From NCBI GenBank assembly GCA_000505065.1, contig AWSN01000001.1:262567-313819 (forward strand): a stretch of DNA of 51,253 bases. The letters are read 5' to 3'. The notes below the pieces were generated by a model, which saw only the letters and a program-made list of their open reading frames with translations, was not told the DNA's origin and made no database searches. Of the stretch, positions 44,754-51,253 are shown one piece after another. This DNA is from Parcubacteria bacterium RAAC4_OD1_1. Its GTDB lineage: Bacteria > Patescibacteriota > Minisyncoccia > Phycocordibacterales > UBA9973. Within the stretch, counting starts at the first letter, position 1, and the number at the start of each line of letters is the position of its first letter. A program made the translations under genes and the position numbers.

Positions 44754-44875
44754 TTGATTTTTGATTATGGATATGCTATAATATAGATATTACTAGCTCA
44801 GATTGGAATTTAACCCTTTTGAAATCGAAAGATGAATAAAGAAATCCAAACTGTGCCGCATAATGCGGTTTTTTT
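44754..44875 (+). promoter_or_regulatory. Promoter plus structured leader/attenuator upstream of the S1-domain gene
   Basis: TTGATT (44754-44759), 17 nt, TATAAT (44777-44782). Stem 44799-44811 pairs with 44841-44853. Then CCGCAtaaTGCGG and T7 (44856-44875), which overlaps the track ORF's spurious N-terminal extension. Confidence 0.5.
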
Positions 44876-44907
44876 ATTTCCAGATTAAATTTCTGGCAAA
44901 AAAACAT

Positions 44908-46053
44908 ATGAACAATAAAGATGACAAAGATATAGTTTCTAGCATTGCCGAACATGCAAAAGTAGAACTATCAAGCATAGGTAAGATGTTAGAAAAAACA
45001 GATATGCCCCCTTCTTTAGAAGAATTAGTAGAAGGCCCTGTTATTTCTATACAAAAATCTTCTGTATTTATTGATATTACTCCTTTTGGAACTGGTATTA
45101 TTTATGGAAGAGAATTTATAAATGCAAAAGACATCATAAAAAAGATAAATATTGGTGATGTTATAAAAGCAAAAATAGTAAGTACAAATAACGAAGATGG
45201 ATATATAGAGCTATCTTTGAAAGAAGCTAAGCAAGCACTCATCTGGAGTGAAGCAGAAAAAGCTATTAAATCAAAAGCTCCTCTTGAACTTACGGTCAAA
45301 GAAGCAAATAAAGGTGGACTTATCCTTGAATGGCAAGGTATAATGGGATTCCTTCCCGCTTCTCAACTTAAGAGTGAACACTACCCTCGCGTAGAAGATT
45401 CTGATAAAGATAAAATACTCAAAGCTTTGAAGATTTTAATTGGTAAGAGAATTAATGTGGTTATGATATCTGCTTTACCTAAAGAAGGTAAATTAATATT
45501 CTCAGAAAAAGATAATAATCCAGAAGAAAGACAAGAAATAATTGGTAAATATAATGTTGGAGATGAAATGGAATGCTCTGTCGCAGGAATTGTTGATTTT
45601 GGAATATTCTTAAAGATAGAAGAAGGATTAGAAGGATTGGTCCACATTTCTGAAATAGATTGGGGTCTAGTGGAAGATTTGAGATCTATGTTTAAGGTAG
45701 GAGATATGGTCAAAGCTAAAATTATAGAAATTAAAGAAGGTAAAATTTCTCTTTCTATAAAAGCCCTAAAAGAAAATCCATGGAAAGAATTTGAAAATAC
45801 ACTCAAGAAAGGAGATATAGTCAAAGGTGTCGTTATCAAATTTAACAAACATGGCGCGCTTATATCTATCAAGCAAGGGGTCGCAGGACTTGTCCACAAT
45901 TCTTCATTTGGATCTGAAGAGAAATTAAGAAAAGCTCTTGATTTAGGTAAAACTTACAACTTCCAAGTCACACTCTTTGAACCAAAAGACCAAAGAATGA
46001 CTCTAATCCATCTAGATGGAGCAAAAAAAGTTGAAGAAAAAATAGAAGAATAA
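44908..46053 (+). CDS. rpsA: Ribosomal protein S1-like protein (four S1 domains)
   Basis: Repeated S1 OB-fold motifs (GDVIKAKIV, GDEMECSVAGIVDFGIFL, GDMVKAKII, GDIVKGVVIKFNKHGALI). Start moved to ATG 44908. Confidence 0.8.
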   Translation: MNNKDDKDIVSSIAEHAKVELSSIGKMLEKTDMPPSLEELVEGPVISIQKSSVFIDITPFGTGIIYGREFINAKDIIKKINIGDVIKAKIVSTNNEDGYIELSLKEAKQALIWSEAEKAIKSKAPLELTVKEANKGGLILEWQGIMGFLPASQLKSEHYPRVEDSDKDKILKALKILIGKRINVVMISALPKEGKLIFSEKDNNPEERQEIIGKYNVGDEMECSVAGIVDFGIFLKIEEGLEGLVHISEIDWGLVEDLRSMFKVGDMVKAKIIEIKEGKISLSIKALKENPWKEFENTLKKGDIVKGVVIKFNKHGALISIKQGVAGLVHNSSFGSEEKLRKALDLGKTYNFQVTLFEPKDQRMTLIHLDGAKKVEEKIEE

Positions 46054-46068
46054 AAAAGAAAGAATAAT

Positions 46069-46101
46069 AAACATACCCCGGCCTTCGGCCGGGGTATGTT
46101 T
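46069..46101. terminator. Bidirectional GC-rich terminator between S1 gene and pth
   Basis: AAACATACCCCGGCC-ttc-GGCCGGGGTATGTTT: 15-bp stem. Confidence 0.85.
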
Positions 46102-46111
46102 TAATTTTAAC

Positions 46112-46699
46112 TTAATTAAACTCACTCATTGTTTTGTCTTTCCCATACAATGCAAAAGATACCAAAATCTCAGACATTTTTTTAGAAATCTTTTTTAGTT
46201 CTTTAATTTCTTCTTCTTTAAATTTCCCAAGCAAGAATTTTACCACAGCTTCTTCTCCTTTTGGTTTTCTTGTTTTACCAGTTGGAGTAACAGGGCACAC
46301 CCCTACTCTGATACGAATAAATTCTTGTGATTTAACTTTTTTTATCACTGATTCTAAGCCATTATGCCCACCAGATGATCTATTCCAAGATATTTTAATT
46401 GACCCAAAAGGTAAATCTATATCATCATAAATGACCACTAAATTTTTCAACTTTTTTGAATTATCTATAATTTTTGAAACAGATAGACCTGAATTATTCA
46501 TAAAAGTTTCTGGGTTTATAAAATCAAATTTCTCTCCATCTATTTCACCTTTTGATCTTAAAGCTTTTAAACCTATATCATTTTTCCAATCAGAAAAATC
46601 ATTCATTTTAGCAATATGATTTAAAATTATTCTCCCAGTATTATGGCGAGTATCTTCATATTCTTTTCCTGGATTACCCAACCCAAAAACATATATCAT
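46112..46699 (-). CDS. pth: Peptidyl-tRNA hydrolase
   Basis: GLGNPGKEYEDTRHNTG N-terminal signature with the catalytic His. Confidence 0.95.
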   Translation of the reverse strand: MIYVFGLGNPGKEYEDTRHNTGRIILNHIAKMNDFSDWKNDIGLKALRSKGEIDGEKFDFINPETFMNNSGLSVSKIIDNSKKLKNLVVIYDDIDLPFGSIKISWNRSSGGHNGLESVIKKVKSQEFIRIRVGVCPVTPTGKTRKPKGEEAVVKFLLGKFKEEEIKELKKISKKMSEILVSFALYGKDKTMSEFN

Positions 46700-46797
46700 T
46701 TTTTTATTATAACATATTTAGCTTTAAATAATATAACTAAACACCACACTCTTCCCTATTCTGTCAATCATAATTATGTGGTAAAATAAGATTTAAT

Positions 46798-47415
46798 ATG
46801 GAAACAGAAAAAAATAATTTGGTAAAAAATGAGCCCAAGGACTCAAAAATTAATAAGTTTCTTGCTGATGTTTGGGATTTGGTAAAATTTGCAATTATTG
46901 CAATCATCATAGTAGTACCAATAAGACTATTTATAGCTCAACCTTTTATGGTCTCGGGAGACTCAATGTTCCCTACTTTTCATAATGGAGAATATCTAAT
47001 AGTAGATGAAATATCTTATATAGTTAATAACCCAAATAGAGGTGATGTAGTTATCTTTAGATATCCAAATGATAAAAAAAGATATTTTATAAAAAGAATT
47101 ATTGGATTACCAAATGAACAAATAATAATTAAAGACGGTACTATTACAATAATAAACAAGGATAATAAAGATGGGTTTTTGCTTGATCAAAATTATCTAG
47201 ATGGAAATTTTAACACTATGCAAGAATATCAAAAATTTGAAACAAAAAATGGAGAATATTTTGTAATGGGAGACAACAGAGACAGAAGTTCAGATTCTAG
47301 ATTCTGGGGTAATCTACCAGAAGATTTACTTATCGGGAGAGCTTTCCTAAGACTTTTCCCTATAAGAGATATGAGTTATATGCCTGGTTCATTAGAAAGA
47401 TTAACAAATAAATAA
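46798..47415 (+). CDS. lepB: Signal peptidase I
   Basis: SGDSMFPTF (catalytic Ser), KRIIGLP (Lys box), GDNRDRSSDSRFWG. Confidence 0.92.
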   Translation: METEKNNLVKNEPKDSKINKFLADVWDLVKFAIIAIIIVVPIRLFIAQPFMVSGDSMFPTFHNGEYLIVDEISYIVNNPNRGDVVIFRYPNDKKRYFIKRIIGLPNEQIIIKDGTITIINKDNKDGFLLDQNYLDGNFNTMQEYQKFETKNGEYFVMGDNRDRSSDSRFWGNLPEDLLIGRAFLRLFPIRDMSYMPGSLERLTNK

Positions 47416-47416
47416 T

Positions 47417-48715
47417 ATGATTGATAATAAAAAGAAAATAATAAAAGGACCTATGTCATCAGTAAAAGGAATGAGAGATATCAGAGATGATCTTTATTAC
47501 CAATTCCAAGGTCTATTTGAAAAAGCACAAGAAGTTGCAGTGTATTATGGATTCAAGCCAATAGAAACTCCAATAGTAGAACATGAATCTGTTTTCACTT
47601 CTTCTATAGGAATAGGTACAGATATTATAGATAAAGAAATGTACACCTTAAAAACAAAGGGTGGAGATCATTTAGCTTTAAGACCAGAACATACAGCACC
47701 CCTTATGAGAAGTTATATAGAAAATGGGATGCAATCCCTACCTCAACCTCTTATGTTTTATAGCTATGGGCCAGTTTTTAGACACGACAATCCTCAAGCT
47801 GGAAGATATCGTCAATTTTATCAATTTGATATGGATGTTATTGGAAGTGAAAAAAGTATTTTAGATGCACTAGTAATAAAAACAGCTTGGACCATACTTA
47901 TAGAAGCTGGGGCAGAAAATCTTTCTGTAGAAATAAATTCTATTGGAGATAAAGAATGTCGTAATACATACATAAGAGAGTTAGTGTCTTACTATAAGAA
48001 ACATATAGGAAATCTTCCAGCAATAGATAGAGAAAGATTAAAAACTAATCCGCTTCGTATATTAGACAGTAAGGAGGAAAAAACAATAGAACTTAATCAA
48101 AATGCTCCTGATTCACTATCATATCTTTGTCCTGCTTGTAAAAAACACTTTAAAGAAGTTCTAGAATACCTAGAAGAAATGGGAATTCCCTATAATATAA
48201 ATAAATGTTTAGTCAGAGGTCTTTCATATTACACAAGAACAGTTATAGAAATAGTCGAAGAAGATAAAGAGACAGGGAAAAAGACAACAATCACAGCTGG
48301 TGGAAGATATGACTATTTAGGTAAACAACTAGGTAGCAAAAAAGATGTTTCTGCTGTTGGTATATCTTTAGGTATTGATAGAATAGTAGAATCACCTTGG
48401 TTTAACAAACTAACCCCAAGAATAATTAAAAAACCAAAAATATATTTCATACAATTAGGATTTGATGCAAAATTAAAATCTTTAAATGTGATTGAGATAC
48501 TCCGCAAAGGCAAAATACCTATAATCCAATCAATATCCAAAGACAATTTAAGTGCTCAACTTGCTGGAGCTGAAAAGATGGGAGTACGTTATGCTATAAT
48601 CTTTGGGCAAAAAGAAGCACTTGAGAATTCTGTTATTGTTAGAGATATGAATAGTAGATCTCAAGATACAATTAAATTAGATAAACTTCTAGAATATTTA
48701 AAAGAATTAAAGTAA
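47417..48715 (+). CDS. hisS: Histidine--tRNA ligase
   Basis: Class II motifs (LRPEHTAPLMR, YSYGPVFRHDNPQAGRYRQFYQFD, GGRYD) and a C-terminal anticodon-binding domain. Confidence 0.95.
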   Translation: MIDNKKKIIKGPMSSVKGMRDIRDDLYYQFQGLFEKAQEVAVYYGFKPIETPIVEHESVFTSSIGIGTDIIDKEMYTLKTKGGDHLALRPEHTAPLMRSYIENGMQSLPQPLMFYSYGPVFRHDNPQAGRYRQFYQFDMDVIGSEKSILDALVIKTAWTILIEAGAENLSVEINSIGDKECRNTYIRELVSYYKKHIGNLPAIDRERLKTNPLRILDSKEEKTIELNQNAPDSLSYLCPACKKHFKEVLEYLEEMGIPYNINKCLVRGLSYYTRTVIEIVEEDKETGKKTTITAGGRYDYLGKQLGSKKDVSAVGISLGIDRIVESPWFNKLTPRIIKKPKIYFIQLGFDAKLKSLNVIEILRKGKIPIIQSISKDNLSAQLAGAEKMGVRYAIIFGQKEALENSVIVRDMNSRSQDTIKLDKLLEYLKELK

Positions 48716-48724
48716 AATAATGAT

Positions 48725-49264
48725 ATGGTGGTAAAAATAATACAAAAAGAAAATAAAACTTTAAGAAAAATTGCAGAAAAAGTCCAAATAGAAGATTTAA
48801 AAAAACCAAAAATCAAGAAAATTTTAGATGATATGAATGAAGCTCTAGATAGAGAATATGATGGAGTTGCCCTAGCTGCTCCACAGATAGATGTATCACT
48901 TAGAATTTTTATTGTTTCTGGAAAAATATTTGATGAAAATTTTATAAGAGGACACAAAATTCTAGAAAGGGTAAAAGCTAGACCAAATTTAGTTTTCATT
49001 AATCCAGTTATAAAAAAAATGTCAAAAGATAAAAAACTTATGGCTGAAGGATGTCTTTCTGTAAGACCTCTTTATGGTAAAGTTCGTCGTGCGACCCGTG
49101 CCAGTATAGAAGCTTATAATGAAAAAGGAGAAAAATTTGAAATGGAAGGATCAGGATTACTTGCTCATATTTTCCAACACGAAACAGACCACTTGAATGG
49201 GATACTCTTTATAGATAAAGCAAAAGATATTCATGAATCTTACCCCGAAGAAGAATATAAATAA
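48725..49264 (+). CDS. def: Peptide deformylase
   Basis: GVALAAPQI, EGCLS and HETDH motifs. Confidence 0.95.
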   Translation: MVVKIIQKENKTLRKIAEKVQIEDLKKPKIKKILDDMNEALDREYDGVALAAPQIDVSLRIFIVSGKIFDENFIRGHKILERVKARPNLVFINPVIKKMSKDKKLMAEGCLSVRPLYGKVRRATRASIEAYNEKGEKFEMEGSGLLAHIFQHETDHLNGILFIDKAKDIHESYPEEEYK

Positions 49265-49269
49265 TAAAA

Positions 49270-50127
49270 ATGAATAAATTAAATTTTGTATTTTTGGGTA
49301 CTCCAGATGTAGCAGAAAAAACATTAGAGATTTTAAAGTCTAATGGCTATTTACCATCAATTATTATAACTTCTCCAGACAAGCCTCAAGGTAGAAAAAT
49401 GATTATAACCCCCCCACCAGTAAAAATATGGGCGGAGAAAAATAATATTCCTTATTTTCAACCAGAAAAAATTGACGAAGAATTCATTAAAAGTATATCT
49501 GTGCCAGAGGCCTTGCCTATGGCTAATTCTAGCCATAGGCAAGGCCTCTGGCAATTATTTGTTGTTGTTGCTTATGGAAAAATCTTACCAGAAAATTTTA
49601 TAAAAATACCAAAACTTGGAACTATAAATATTCATTATTCTTTGCTACCTAAATATCGCGGAGCCTCCCCTGTTGAAACTGCTCTTTTAAATGGGGACGA
49701 AGAAACAGGTATTTCTATCCAACAAATGGAGTTTAAATTAGATAGTGGACCAATTTTAATAGAAGAAAAAATAAAAATAGATATAAATGATACAAAAGAT
49801 ACTCTTAGAAATAAATTAATAAAAATTGGAGGAGAATTACTTTGTAAAATTTTACCAGATATAATAGAAGAAAAAATACAAGGCAAAATTCAAAATGAAA
49901 ATGATGCAACTTTTTGTAAAAAAATCAAAAAAGAGCATGGGGAAATAGACCCAAATGGAAACGGAAAAGAAAATTGGAATAAATATAGAGCTTACTATGG
50001 CTGGCCAGGAGTATACTTTTTCAAAGATGGTAAACGAATAAAAATAACAAAAGCTCGATATGAGGATAATAAATTTATTATTGAAAAAATAATAAAAGAA
50101 GGAGGTAAAGAAACAAACTATAAATAA
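49270..50127 (+). CDS. fmt: Methionyl-tRNA formyltransferase (with in-frame palindromic insertion)
   Basis: FLGTPD, VVVAYGKILP and NIHYSLLPKYRGASP motifs. Directly follows def. Confidence 0.9.
   Translation: MNKLNFVFLGTPDVAEKTLEILKSNGYLPSIIITSPDKPQGRKMIITPPPVKIWAEKNNIPYFQPEKIDEEFIKSISVPEALPMANSSHRQGLWQLFVVVAYGKILPENFIKIPKLGTINIHYSLLPKYRGASPVETALLNGDEETGISIQQMEFKLDSGPILIEEKIKIDINDTKDTLRNKLIKIGGELLCKILPDIIEEKIQGKIQNENDATFCKKIKKEHGEIDPNGNGKENWNKYRAYYGWPGVYFFKDGKRIKITKARYEDNKFIIEKIIKEGGKETNYK
49502..49553. repeat. 52-nt perfect GC-rich palindrome in frame inside fmt
   Basis: tGCCAGAGGCCTTGCCTATGGCTA-attc-TAGCCATAGGCAAGGCCTCTGGCa: 24-bp stem. It encodes VPEALPMANSSHRQGLWQ, and the antisense strand encodes an almost identical peptide. 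Confidence 0.9.
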
Positions 50128-50139
50128 AAATATTATTTA

Positions 50140-50520
50140 TTATTTCGATGTAAACGGATTCCTCTTGGAAAATCCTTTGAGCATTTTCTTAACACTCATA
50201 GAACCTCTTTTGAAAAGTGTCTGACTTTTATCTTTCTTTGAAGTTATTTGTCTTACTATGTCTTCTTCTGATCTATCTATAGCTTTATAAAGATCTTCTT
50301 TTTCTGAATTTGTGAAAAACTTTTTACCATCTAAACTTAAATTAATTTCCGATTTAAATAATTCCCCTTGTTTATGATGATTAGTTGTCTTCCCCACCTC
50401 AACATAAACATTGATCTCTCCATCTTTATTAAATTTTTCTAAAGATATAAGCTTTTTATTTATATAATCTTCTATTGCAGGGGTAAGCTCCATATTGGTT
50501 GCTTTAATATTTATAATCAT
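50140..50520 (-). CDS. hpf: Ribosome hibernation promoting factor / RaiA family
   Basis: MIINIKATNMELTPAIEDYINKKL matches the typical N-terminus of the S30AE/HPF family; 126 aa. Confidence 0.85.
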   Translation of the reverse strand: MIINIKATNMELTPAIEDYINKKLISLEKFNKDGEINVYVEVGKTTNHHKQGELFKSEINLSLDGKKFFTNSEKEDLYKAIDRSEEDIVRQITSKKDKSQTLFKRGSMSVKKMLKGFSKRNPFTSK

Positions 50521-50607
50521 ATTTAAAATTTAAATTACTATTAATACCTATATTATAACCTTTAATTTATTTTTATCAAAAATAAATATAATCTTTATTT
50601 TATAAGC

Positions 50608-50835
50608 TTAAAAAATGTCATTTATAGAAAGAATTTTACTCGGGGATTGATGTCCATTTATTATCCTTACAGATTTTATTGACACTGAAAATTCTCGAGC
50701 TATGATTTCACAAACTCTTTTATTAGCCATATTTCTTTCAGCCTTTTCTTTTACCTTTAAAATAAAAGAGTTATTATTCTTTTTTACAATTTCTTCTTTT
50801 TTACAACCCGAAAATACTCGAACTTTTATAAACAT
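50608..50835 (-). CDS. DUF167 (YggU-like) protein
   Basis: 75 aa. The pattern KVRV...G.ANK.V...IA..F.V....V.I..G..S..K matches the YggU family as I recall it. Confidence 0.65.
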   Translation of the reverse strand: MFIKVRVFSGCKKEEIVKKNNNSFILKVKEKAERNMANKRVCEIIAREFSVSIKSVRIINGHQSPSKILSINDIF

Positions 50836-50921
50836 AAGTTAATTATACCAAAATATAAAGTTTTACACAGTTTGACTTACTTACTAATTACTTATATTTT
50901 AAAAAAGGTTATAATATAAAT

Positions 50922-51253
50922 ATGAAAAACTTTTTACAAATAATCAAATACATAATTCTCACTTTATTTATAATATTACTAATATATATAATATTAAATA
51001 GGTTTGATATCGCCTTAATGTTTGATATCCCTGCTGTTCTTATAACCATAATATCATTAGTATTTTTTATTTATCTTTGGTTTTATTTTTTAAAAACATA
51101 TTTCAAAATTAAAAAAGTTGAAAATGAATTTATAGGAATAGTTAATCATACCTTTCGAACTCCTCTTACAAACATATCTTGGACTATTAAAGAGCTCGGA
51201 AAAGCAATGACAGAAAATGACAGATCGATATACATTCAAAATATCAATAATTC
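50922..51253 (+). CDS. Sensor histidine kinase, N-terminal part (runs off window)
   Basis: Not in the track. ATG at 50922. My translation MKNFLQIIKYIILTLFIILLIYI...FIGIVNHTFRTPLTNISWTIKEL gives two TM helices and then an H-box (HTFRTPLT). Confidence 0.7.
   Translation, partial: MKNFLQIIKYIILTLFIILLIYIILNRFDIALMFDIPAVLITIISLVFFIYLWFYFLKTYFKIKKVENEFIGIVNHTFRTPLTNISWTIKELGKAMTENDRSIYIQNINN

Noticed and set aside
1-51253. Alternative genetic code (UGA recoding, as in some CPR lineages)
   Set aside because: Housekeeping genes such as gyrA, typA, hisS and ftsZ are full length and uninterrupted under the standard code, so recoding is not needed.

Overview
Visibly AT-rich bacterial chromosome segment. 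Small compact genes, many small two-helix membrane proteins and a giant mosaic surface protein suggest a CPR/Patescibacteria (Parcubacteria-like) episymbiont; this lineage call is inference from gene content only. Long housekeeping ORFs read through under the standard code. Most of the window is core machinery: mltG, typA, rseP, frr, mreB, priA-like, rpsU-ybeY, ftsA-ftsZ, trxB, gpmI, gyrA, an S1-domain protein, pth, lepB, hisS, def-fmt and hpf, plus tRNA-Val, tRNA-Ser and tRNA-Glu. The accessory part is about 23.5-33.6 kb, a mobile island built on the 3' end of tRNA-Glu(UUC). It holds repeated copies of the tRNA 3' end, each joined to a conserved hairpin-rich module, and an ArsR/thioredoxin-like/permease cassette. 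It also carries an uncharacterised two-gene operon transcribed divergently from a HaeIII-like (GGCC-type) restriction-modification pair. At the tRNA end sit a resolvase-domain paralog lacking the catalytic serine and a large serine recombinase whose last codons are tRNA antisense sequence. The most unusual signal is the 376-nt gap at 29533-29905. It is completely filled by about 10 tandem units of about 35-36 nt, each with two very short conserved motifs and two variable segments with covarying hairpins. I flag it as a candidate guide-RNA (TIGR-like) or protein-binding array, but I cannot recognise a partner Nop-domain protein by eye. Other points: long perfect palindromes sitting in frame inside fmt and ybeY, five tandem pilin-like paralogs, a PriA homolog with degenerate ATPase motifs, a triple GTCGGACG motif abutting a consensus promoter, and identical 28-nt palindromic repeats flanking a PaaX/Cas2-fold regulator. 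No rRNA genes or CRISPR array were seen.
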